A stretch of DNA of 64,000 bases from assembly GCF_000143415.4 (NCBI RefSeq), contig NW_003314335.1, positions 808,655 through 872,654 on the forward strand, read 5' to 3'. This document shows, piece by piece, positions 42,401 to 53,700 of this stretch. The position numbers and the translations under genes are program-made. This stretch comes from Selaginella moellendorffii (Eukaryota > Plantae > Lycopodiophyta). The notes below the pieces were generated by a model. It searched no databases and had not been told where the DNA came from. It saw nothing but the letters and a program-made list of their open reading frames with translations. How positions within the stretch are numbered: position 1 is the stretch's first letter; each line of letters starts with the position of its first letter.

Positions 42401-44711
42401 GCGGAAATGTGTTATAACAACTCACCACATTCGAGCATCGGGGTGAGTCCATGGGAAGTCATCAATGGGCGAGCTATTGAAGGTCCTGTGGAACTCGGCG
42501 TGGCCGAGTATCATGGAGAGTTACCCGCAGTGGAGGCATTCACGGCGGAAAGACTCAACATTTGGAATCTAGTGAGGGATTCCTTGGAACGAGCTCAACA
42601 AAGGCAAACCAAGTACGCGAACCTAAAGCGCCGGGATGTAGAGTTCCAAGCTGGGGAGAAGGTGTGGCTGAACACCAAGAACCTTAGGCTACCAAGTGGG
42701 ATCAGCCGAAAGTTGACCCAAAGGTAAAAATGCATGTATTCCTGTAAATGAATTGATCTTGAGTTCCTTAAGCAGGTTCGCGGGGCCTTACGAGATTGAG
42801 GCACGAATCGGTAAAGTGGCTTACCGACTCCGACTTCCTCGAGAGATGGGGAAGATGCACCCAGTGTTCCATGTGAACTTACTCAAGCCGTACTTTGAGG
42901 ATCCGCTTCGCAAGGACCAAGTAAGACCTTTACCTGAGGTTATCCAAGGGGAAGAGGAATACGAAGTCGAGGCCATCCTCAATGCGCGCAAGAGCAAGCG
43001 ACAAGGACGCGAGGTGAGAGAGTTCCATGTGAAGTGGAAAGGATTTCCACACTGCGAAGCAACATGGGAACCGGAGGAGAACCTAGCGAACGCGCGAGAT
43101 CTAGTGGAGGAATTTCTGCAAGGCAGAACTCTATGTACTTATGCAAAGTTCAATTAAAAATATATCAATTTGCAAAGTTGAGCAAGTGGCATATGTTGGG
43201 ACCCGAAGGCGCGCCGAAGGTGAGCTAATTAGCATGGGTTAGCTAGGTCGACCAGGCGTAAGGAGCTACGCCCGACTCCCTGCGGGGATGTCGAATCCGT
43301 AGACGTATTCTACGGAGGTTGGGTTTGAGTCCCAACCCCCTAGTAAAGCAAGGCTGGGTTCAAGTCCCGACCCCATACTAGGGCGTGGTGAGGGGTGGAG
43401 TATAGGGACACCTATATTCCGTTGTCATGAGCTCTTGGCCGGGGAGGCTAACTTAGGCACACCGCTAAGTGGGGGGATGCCCCCGGAGACATGGTCAACA
43501 AGTCGTAGGATAAAAAAGAGACGTTCGATGTGGGCATCGAACTTCTTCTATGGGTGGTGGAGTTGTAAGGAACCAACTCGCCGAGGTGTCGTAGGCTAAG
43601 GGAACCCCGAAAGCATGACCAAAATGACAAGGAGTTCATCGGATGGGACCAAGTCAAAGATCGAGTCCAAGACCGACTCTAGGACCGAGTTCGAGATAGA
43701 GTCCGGAATCGAGTCCAAGACCGACTCGGGGACCGAGTTCGAGTCCGAGTTCGAGACCGAGTTCGAGACGGAGTCCGAGATCCGAAATCGGGTCCGAGAC
43801 CGAGTCCGAAGTCGAGTCCGAGGTCGGGCCCGAGATCGGGTCCGAGATCGAGTCCGCGATCGAGTCCGAGACCGAATCCGAAGTCGGATCCGAAATCGGA
43901 TCCGAGATCGAGCCAGAGACTAAGTCCAAATACTAATACGGGTCAAGGGGTGAAAGCCCAAAGCGTGCGTCCCCCAGGGGGGGGGGGCTGCAGGGGGTTC
44001 CAAAAGTATAGTAGGGATAGTGAGGTCCAGGAACCAGTTTAGAAGGGACTCTCCAGTGGGGCTCCCAAACTGACTTGAGGTTGGGACTGGGACCGAGGGG
44101 CCTTGGGTGGGAGTGAGCATGGACTTGGTTGGTGCCGGAGGGGCCATCCAAGGAAGTGCTCAAGAGCAGCTCCCACTCCCGAAAGGGAAACCGATTGCGG
44201 TGCTCCCGGCTCATGTGGAGTGGTGCCCCACTTGAGTACCATGCGGCTCATTGGTCCTCGCCCTTCCTAGGGGCTTGGGCCTTCCTTCGGGATGGAAGTG
44301 GGGGGTGAGAGGTACCCATACCGGGCCGTTAGGCCACGGTGTTTCGCCCCGGCGTCCCGAAGCAAGTGTTGCACTCAAGACTTGGGATTTAGAGGGTCCC
44401 ATGATCAAGTCTTGTGGTACCAAGGGATGTTAGGAACCTGGAAGCTTGGTGTGCTTGGCTGCTTGTGCTTGCGGGGAGTGTAGCCGAACCTTAAGTCCAG
44501 TCTAACCCGGGGAGGGGGATTGGGAGTGATTTGGGAATCCGTGGAAGGATGGCTAACACTCCGTTGCTCGTGCAGTGAGTAGCTGAAACCAAGTAGGAGT
44601 TGGTACCATAGGCGAGAACCTTGGCAAAGGGACTTAGCAAAAGCCAAGGCAGTGTTGGACGGATAAACGAGGTAAGCTGGCAAATTGGAAAGGAAAAATT
44701 TGTGGCTTACA
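39478..44711 (+). mobile_element. Element C: very young Ty3/gypsy chromovirus, gag-PR-deleted, inserted in B
   Basis: LTRs 39478-40625 and 43564-44711, 1148 bp each, with only ~3 differences seen by eye. TSD GAGGC (39473-77, 44712-16). PBS TGGTATCGGAGC 40629-40. PPT ATGGGTGGTGGAGT 43550-63. Confidence 0.96.
40641..43157 (+). CDS. pol: Partial pol (RT C-half, RNase H, integrase, chromodomain) in three segments: 40641-42258, 42306-42723, 42776-43157
   Basis: [39 protein letters not shown]...H...[22 protein letters not shown]|DGQTE, R|FAGPY, HPVFHV, chromodomain YEVEAIL...VKWKGF...TWEPEENL. Confidence 0.93.
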
Positions 44712-47700
44712 GAGGCATCCCTCGCTTGGCGGTGTGCCCAAACCAGTCTCCCCACTGAGAGTCCATGACCACCAAAATATAAATGTCCTCATATTCCAAA
44801 CCATCACCATGCCCTAGTGATTTGGGACTCGAACCCAAGCACTAGAGGGTCGGGACTCGAACCCAACCTCCGTATATGCATCTACGGATGGCATCACACC
44901 GGATGCCTGGCGTGACTCCCCACGCCGGTGCACCAACTTATACTTAAAGCGTGCTATAGATCACAGCTTAGGAACCTAGTTCCTCCCCACTGCCAAGTCC
45001 TCTCACTTGACAAGCCTGTGATCATGCATGGACTCCTCCATGCTTGGCCCCATGGCCCACCCTTTTTTTGAAGTTATCACCTTCAACTAGGGTATTTGTT
45101 CCCCTAACTTGCCAATCTCGCTTGGGCAAGTCCTCCGACCACGTAACATGGTTCCTGCACAAGCGTGAAAGCCCTTGATCATCGACTTTCGTTCAAAGCC
45201 CTCTCTTTGAACACTCGGGAACTACTTCCCTAGCCTTGATAGCCTTGCCTCATGGCAAGCTTCAAGACTACGCTTCTGCTGCGCCACTCTGATTTCATGC
45301 GTTCCTTGAACCATTTACGCTTGGCCTTTCTAGGTACTAAGCTACCTAGAATCCTCTTTGGGAACTTTGAAGGAACTCTGTCCCTTAGCTTGCTAAGGCC
45401 TCCCTTTTTTGCAAGCTTTCCAATTACCATATAGTCTAACATGGACAATTCCATATTTTAGACTCTCCATGGCATCACGGTTGCTAGCGGCAACACCCTC
45501 GAGCCCCCACTTGATTCTCCACTCCCAGCTGGCATAACCAACCTTGGTTATGCCCTTCGATTCCTATGGTTCGGTTCTATCCCTTTACTTCTTGCTTTTG
45601 GCTTCACACCTTTCTTTCGGTCATTCTCCTCCAGACTAGGAGGATAGCTTTGCACTTTCTATCATGCCTTAGCAAGTATTCTTAGGGATGAACCTACCCG
45701 ATAACCTAGGGAGTGGTTCCTCAATCTAGGTATGCTCACCATATAATCCCACACACCGGGATTACATTGTTGCTTACGGGCCTTTGCATGCCCATTGCTA
45801 GCCTTGCCAAAATTCCATTTTTGGCTTTGTCCAATTCGAGTAGACAGTCTTCTCCTGTCTCCGCCACCTTGGACGTTTGGATAGCACCTACTATCCATCA
45901 TTCGCTAGGGACTTAGTCCCTTGGGCCTTATCTATTGCCCTCACGACATCAAACACCACCTCCTGGTGTTCTAGAGTGTTCGGGTGTCCCAATGACGGCT
46001 TCCTTGACAATGAGTATTTCCTTTTATGACATTGACTTACTATATCGCAACATAAGCAACTTATCCCCCGTAAGGGTATATCCACTTCCCTATGCCATTA
46101 AGAAGGCTTGGGTAGCTACTTTCTACCCGTTTAACCAATTATTTTGCACCTCTTGCTTAGTTGCCTCGTAGTTGTCAAGTCCTACAACTCATTGCTGGTG
46201 CTTCCACACCTCCATCATTATCTGGGTCACCATACTCCAACTGCATGCTCTGCAACTTAGGCTATGCCATTCCCATTTCTATTAGGATTCCTTTGGCAAG
46301 GGGTTCTCATGAACCCACCAACATAGCCTCAAGGTATCACACATTGGCACATTTGGTGTCTCCACACCATCAGCTCCACGAGCCTACCTCTATGACACTT
46401 CTTCTTTGTGTCTAAGTCTTTGCCAAGACCAATACCACTCTTTCTCATGCCAACCATCGGTTAGCACAGCACCATAGAGGTCACACACAACTTTGTGTCA
46501 AAGTTGTTTTTTTTTTGGGAACACCTTTCCCACGACTTTAGCATGGCACATTTTGTCATCGATGAGATACCCTCTGTTCTCATCCTTGGATCCTATGATC
46601 CCCCCCATCCTTCGTGGGGTACAACACACCTCAATCCAAATGCTTCCATCAGTCCTTTTAGGACCATCCCTTGACTCTACTTGAGTCATCTAGCAGTTTT
46701 GGACTTGGTTAATCCACAGACCTGTAAGGTCCTACTTGTGAGGCACTAGCTCACTGGAATACACTTCTTGCATTCCTGTCCTACTCAAAAGGACTATTTT
46801 CACAAGTGTTACTTTGACACTTGATTTTGTTCTCTGGGGGCAACCTCTGCCCCTTAGGACTACTTGTCCATGTAATGAGAATACCAACTCATCTTTAAGT
46901 ACACCCCCCAACTCCTTGGGTTGTTCCAGCATTTATTAAAGGTAGCCCCGGCTACCATTTCAAGGACTTGAGTCCTCTTCCGTATTTGACCTCCCACGAT
47001 CATTACCTCTAGTCTCACATTCATGAGCACCAACCTCAATTATATGAGGATAATCTTGTGACTCCTTTATTGTTTTGGAGTCTACATCTTTCCCGTGATC
47101 CCAACTATAGTTGTTTATCACAACTACGTTAGCCCGTTTGTTGCGTCAAACGCTCATTTGGATCACATCCTCAGCTCTCTGAGGAGACCTTATACTGTTC
47201 CCAAGATCCCAAAGTCGTTCCATTATTGGCCCTTTTCTATCCACCACATTGTGCCCAAGTTCACGCATGAACTTGAGTGGAGAGCCATGTCCTCTCGACA
47301 TGCTACTCCTCCAGGATAGGCCCACTCCTAGGACCTTCCGATGCCAACATCAATGGTGATATACTTGAGCACCAATAAAAGTCGGACTAAGGAACAGCTC
47401 CGATACCAAATTGTAAGCGACTAATTTTTCCATTTTACTTTAGTCACTTAACCACACCTCCGACCACTTGGAGGAGTCTCATTCACCACCTCCACAAGTC
47501 TCAGTTAGGACTTGGGGCTTGCTAGCCCCGAGAATGGCATCCATGCCACTCAACCTTTGCACTTGGTCTAAGTGCTCCACGTGTCCAATCCCATGATCGA
47601 CACCCCAAGGTACCACCGACATATCGGCCCGTTACGCTGAGGCCATGCCTATTCACCTTGGTCACATCGGTGGTCCAACACCACCTACATTGCAATCTTG

Positions 47701-50700
47701 TCTCTCATAGACTGGGCCATCCATCGATGAGTGATCATCCCAGATCCACTCCTTAGCATCCTTAGGATGCTCCTAGACTTAGGGAATAACCTTCCCCAAT
47801 ATCTCTTCCCCGGTCCCACCAAGTCCCTCTCTGTCGATGGCCGTGTTCACCAACACTGCCACTGGATCAAAGCCCGCAGGCCCGAGCTCTAAGTCCAACT
47901 GTCCTCTGGGACTTCCTCACTGGGTGACCGTGTCCTTTGTCACCACACCAGAGGGCCACTCCTCTTCCTTTCCACAGTCTGGGACTTTGGGACAACATTT
48001 CGGAACACCGTGGCCTTACGCAAGCCTCATGGGTACTTTCCCCGCCTTTCGCCTTTAGGTGCTCTAGCCATGGGCCTAGAGCAAGGTTCCGTTGAGCCAC
48101 GATAGGTATCCAAGTAGGTAGTGCCACCCACACTTGGACTGGGAGCATCGGCCAGTCGATCTCCCGGGGGAACTAGAGCTGGCTCTTGAACACTTCACCA
48201 AGCTACCCCGCTTGTCGGTCCGTGTTCACTCTAGTCTTGGACTTCCCAGTGGGCAGCTCATCACCCAACACTGGGTCCGGCCTTCCTGGGCCAAACTGGC
48301 CTTTCCTGGCCAAACTGGCTCCACTGCAGTCCTCCCCCTACTATACTTTTGGAGCTCACCAAACCCCCCAGGGTCTGGGAGACGAACGCTTTGGGCTTTC
48401 ACCCTCTCAAGCTCGGACTCGGACTCGGACTCGGACTCGGACTCGGACTTGGACTCGGACTCGGACTCGGCCTCAGTCTCGACCTCGGCCTCGGTCTCGG
48501 TCTCGGTCTTGGTCCCGATCTCGGTCTTGGTCTCGGTCCCGTCTTGGTCTTGGTCCCGGTCTTGACTTCGAGCTCCATCTCGGGTCCATCTCAGACTCCA
48601 TCTTGGACTCCATCTCAGGTCCATCTCGGGTCCATCTCGAACTCCATCTTGGACTCCATCTTGGACTCCACCTCGGACTCCATCTCGGGTCCTTCTCAGA
48701 CTCCATCTCGGACTCCATCTCGGGTCCATCTCGGGTCCCATCTCGGGTCCATCTCGGGTCCATCTCGGACTCCATCTCGGGTCCATCTCGGACTCCATCT
48801 CGGACTCCATCTCGGACTCTATCTCGGGTCCATCTCGGGTCCACCTCGGACGCCATCTCGGACTCTATCTCGGGTCCACCTCGGACTCCATCTCGGACTC
48901 CATCTCGGACTCCATCTCGGACTCTATCTCGGGTCCATCTTGGGTCCACCTCGGACTCCACCTCGGACTCCATCTCGGGGTCCTTCTCGGACTCCACCTT
49001 GGACTCCAACTCGAGTCCATCTCGGACACTTCCACGTGTCATGTGTTGGTTCTTTCGGGTCCTTTTTTGGACCCTCACTTATTGCTCTCTTTGTGTTTGT
49101 TCCTCGAGCACTTCGTTGGGAGTTCCACTCCCGCTCTCGACCTTTCAAGTCGGGGCTTTTAGTCCAAACGTGTTACGCTCGTTTGGTTTTCACTTTGGCC
49201 ACCACCACATGGCACCCTTCCGGCTCCACTTTGGGGCCTAGGGATTTTGTGTCTCACACCTTGCTATTGCTTCTTGAGTAGCTTGGTGTTGGATTAGTTT
49301 TGAGTTTGGTCAGAAAGAGAGTGGCATGAACTTGTCCGTATTGTGAACAAAAGTTAGTGGTGTCGGGTGTTGTAAATCTCTATCGGTGGGGTGTGGCATT
49401 TATGTTGCATTTTGTCGAATCAAGTTGACATTTGATATTCACATAAACCTTTGAAGTAATGACATGGGCATTGCTTATAGTGGTGCTTGATTGATGATCA
49501 AGTCATTGTGATACTTATATCATATCCATGTGATAGTGAGCAATGTGTTTACGAAGTTGCTTGGTTAAACGATGGTCAACCCCAAACTGGTTGATGGAGA
49601 AGCTAGTCTACTTGCACGAAGTAGCATTGTAGTAGCTTTGACTGGATTCTCAATGATGGTCCATTATGCTAAGCTTAAGTTGGTACTTTGTTCCTTGAGT
49701 TTGCCCATTAAGGTGTTGGAAAAGGGTTGTAGCATTCATTTGCTATAGCTCGTCAGTTGATCTGTTAGCACTTGGAGTAAATTGTTGGATGGAGAAAATG
49801 TGTAGTTGAGGTATTGACATCACTAGCACTTGTGTTAGTGGAAATGGCATTGTTATTTCAAGTGACGAGGAAGTTTTCCTTAGAGCTTGATTTTCCATAT
49901 CATTTTTTTTGTTAGTGTTTTGGTTTCACATTGGATCTTGAAGGTGATTGAAGAAGAGTGTTAGTGCAATGTGGATATCCGAAGATGTGGTCTTCGTGAT
50001 CAAGCCTTGGGTGTTCACTTTGCACTTTGTGGATGTCGGTGTTGGATGTCGGTTATATGGGCAAAGATGTTCAATACTTAAGCATATTGTTGGATCATGA
50101 GAATTTGTGTTGAGGTGAACTTATGTGAAGTTGTTGGTAGGAGGAAGTTGGTTAAATCTTGAAAGTTTGCAATCCTGGACTGAGAGTCATTCTTTCTCTA
50201 GGATGGAAATTTTCCACAAATTTTCTTAGACTTCTCCAATGGCTGATCTGTTGGTCACTTTGCTGAAAACCATTCCATTTTTGTAAGTCAGTACAAACTA
50301 GTAAAAGGGTTAGAGTTGACTTTGGTTAGCTTAAACCTTAGTAAGTAGTTTGTATGATGCAACCCGAAAGGGGATGCTAACTTTGGGGCTAAGGCAATTG
50401 AGTTGGATAGAGTCTGGAGTTGGTGTAGAAAAGTGGCCGTTACGCTTTTCTAAGAAGGGTGACCCTTATACCTTTCTTTTGTAGCGTTGTGCTTGGTGGC
50501 AGGTTGCACCTTGCATTACGTTAGACTCTATGAGAGTAGTGAGCTCTCACTGATCTTGACTTAGTCTTGGTAGCCCTGTGCCTTGGCTGAGGATGGTGAT
50601 ATCCAACTTAGTTGTTTGAGGTTGAGATGTTGGTACCCGTACTATAGCTTTGTCTATGAGGAGGTTGTGTACCGATATGAGTCCATCTCATGGTCTTCAC

Positions 50701-53700
50701 TTTAGTTTCAACTGAGTGTTGATCGCATAGCTAGCCTCTTCAAGGTATGCTCAAAGCTAGTGGCTAAATGTTTTAGTGAGCTTATTGCGGTTGAGTTGGA
50801 TTCGAGTGGTCATTTAGTTTGTGCTTGTCTATGAACTTTTATCTTGTAGCTGGGATATCACATTCATGTTAGACAAGTATATAACTTGATGACAAGAGTT
50901 GGTATTTGGGTCTTGTGAAGGCAAGTTGAGGAGTGATTGTTAGTTGCTTTGCGACTAGTGATTACTTGTAGACTTCATCAAGGACCGTTGACACTTGCTT
51001 TGCTCGATGATGATTTAGCAGTGATGGGCTTGCTTTACCGGATGGTGTTGCGGAGGATTGTGTCATTAGGTTGGCATGGTTTTTCCATGTTGGCATGTCA
51101 ATTCCTTTGTTGATATCATTTGGTTACGTTTGGTCTATAGTGTTGGATTTCATTGAGTCTTGGATGTGGTGATTCACTCCTTGATGATATGTTATCTGTA
51201 ACTGAGTTTTTGCTGAAGGATTGGTTTCGGATACTAAGTATAGTATCTTCGACTTTGGTTAGCTTGGTTGCTGGAAAGCTCCGAGTGGTGATTCACTCTT
51301 GCTTTTTTCTAGCTTTGTCCTAGTGTTGATGGCATTGAAGTGATGCTTTGTCATTGACATAGTTGATATTGAGACTTGAGTGAAATGAGATGCCTTTCCT
51401 TCGGATTGATATTGAGTTTCATTAGTCTTGATGAAAATAGTGTTGATGATTTGGCTTTAGCTTTGTGTTGTTAACATTCATGCATTTGCTAGTTAGCAAC
51501 TGTGTTGACGTTCAAATGAATTGAGTGGCAAGTTGAGTTAGTTGTGTTCTCGACGAGATTGTTTAGTAAGGGTTGAGCTTTAAGCTTTTCCTTGAAAAGT
51601 GATTTAGTCGTGGACTATACTAACTCTACAAACGGAAGAGTTAGTGATCGATATTGGAAAGTTTGAATCCTTATTGGGTTTGAATTGGAACATATTGATC
51701 ATTGATGATTTCCCTTGTGCTTGTTACGACGTGAGCTACGTCTTGCTATAGATGGATTCATGGAGGATCGATTAGATGATCACTTGTTGAGCATAACTTT
51801 GCTATGCTTGGCTTTTGAATTGATGCAGACATGCTCTTCATTAGTTTTGCATTATGAAGTTTAACTTATGGATGTGTTGAGGAGGATGTTGTGGGTTATA
51901 CCATGATTTCTTCTTTAGCATTGAAGTTAGTTCGTGCGAGACTCGTGATCATTATTAGGCAAGACTTAGTTATAGGCTTCTTCGAGCTTTTGGTTCATTG
52001 AGTTTTGTGCTCATTATTCCATTTGCTACAAGTTGTTGGGGAAGGCATTTTGGCTCCTAGCTTCGATGTTGAAGTTAGTATTTGCATTTAGCAATCATTA
52101 GTAATGATTGACTATCATCTAGGATGATTGATTATTGTTATCAAAGGTTTTGCTTGATTATTGTTAATCTAGAATGATTTGCTATTCTTCGGGATGGTGG
52201 ATTCCTTCTTAGACGATGATTCTGCATATCTCATTTTGATAGGATGATTAATGATCTTTCATGATGGTTAGTTGTTATTTTCGATGGCTTATAGCTTTTC
52301 GCATTACCACATGTTCTTTGTGGTTTGCTTTGGTTTGGTCTCTTGGGTTTGAGACATCAGTAGGATGTTGCTAACACTTGCTTAGGCAACTTGAGTTCCT
52401 TGGTGTTGTTGATTGGGATCTATTCGGATTGGCTAGTGTGATAGTTGGATTGAATGGGTGTTTGTTGGTCTTACAACATTCATTCTGTTCTGTTGATTAT
52501 TGCTTGAGTTAGTTCTGATAGGCTCGGATGTTATTTCCTTCGGGTGATACATTCACGAGCATTGTGCTTGTCAGTCAATGATACTTTGTGTTCTTTGAGT
52601 TATCTCTAGTAAGTTGTTGGCTTACTGTCTGCTATTTTCGGTAGTTAAGTTTCATCATTGAGTTTACTTGATGATATACTTGTTATTGAATTTTGTTGGA
52701 TGGTGAATCCTGTGTTTATCAATTTTGATGATCTTGGTGGTTCCTATAATCAACTACTAGTTTATTAGATGATAACATACTTAGAATACTTTGTGTTCTA
52801 ATATAAGATTTATTCACTGATAATTCCAACTCTAACATATCATTGTCTATGACTTTGATATTGTCCATCTATTGATCTTTGAGTTTGGGCCAATAATGGG
52901 CAGACTGGCTTCGGCACTTTGTGTGCATGGTGAAATCTCTAGTCATGGGGTAGCTACTGTCGACTGGTCACATAACCCGCCTCTCTGTTGATGTTCTTTA
53001 TTCCGTTGAAAGGGCGTGACCGTGTAAACAACTCTAACTGCATGTTTACAGTAGTCTATCTAAACCTTACCGACGGGTTTGGTTTCTTTGCTCAGGAGGG
53101 TTGGGGCCTCTGGCTTTTCTCTCTATGTCCTTGCGGGCAGGAGCATATCACACTTTTGTAGCTGGGTGACACCCAGAGCAGCAAGGGTGGCTAACTCCGT
53201 TGGTCATTTCCTTGTCGGCGACGGCCGGAAGGTGTCTGAGCTGGTAGCGCATCCGCGTTAGACAAAGAGGTTGCCCCTTAACTCATTTAAGTTGGTGCAT
53301 TTCTCACATAGTGTGAGTACCATGAACTTTCCTAGAGTTGTTTCCTTGATGGTATTCTAGACTCGAGTATGCATCGACGAGGACGTCGATCTTCCCAAGG
53401 GGGGGAGAGTGTCGCGAATGTGACTTCGGGTATCGAAAATTACCTGTCGGCTAGTCCTTACGGACACTCTTACCTTACTGCCACGATGGCAGGAGGTCGG
53501 TATTGCTGGTTCCCTTTATTAGCCCCTCTTGTTCAAGTGTTAGTTTACTGGGCTTAGCATCTGTACTTAGCCAGATGGACATAAGGTAGGAACTCCTATG
53601 TGTTTCTAGTTGAGCATACTCGGCCTGGCTCTTAGTTCTCTTTTGCTCTGTCTTGCACTGGCTTGGCAAGAACTCTCGCGTATTGAGATTAGTCCCTCAA

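Larger units (their letters stand above)
36298..49258 (-). mobile_element. Element B: complete non-coding LTR retroelement inserted in A2
   Basis: 5' LTR 47412-49258 and 3' LTR 36298-38109. TSD CCTTG (36293-97, 49259-63). PBS (rc of gctccgatacca, 47397-47408). PPT rc actccaccacccat at 38110. The ~4 kb interior has no recognisable ORF. Confidence 0.93.

Noticed and set aside
43121-43190. AT-rich stretch after the chromodomain as a possible third intron
   Set aside because: No convincing donor/acceptor pair and no conserved downstream protein to validate it.
43317-43372. tRNA gene or tRNA-derived SINE
   Set aside because: Only T-arm-like hairpins; no D-arm/A-box or cloverleaf. Reported as a structured element instead.
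52990-53040. Faint chromodomain-like peptide in the A2 interior
   Set aside because: Too weak to distinguish from chance.
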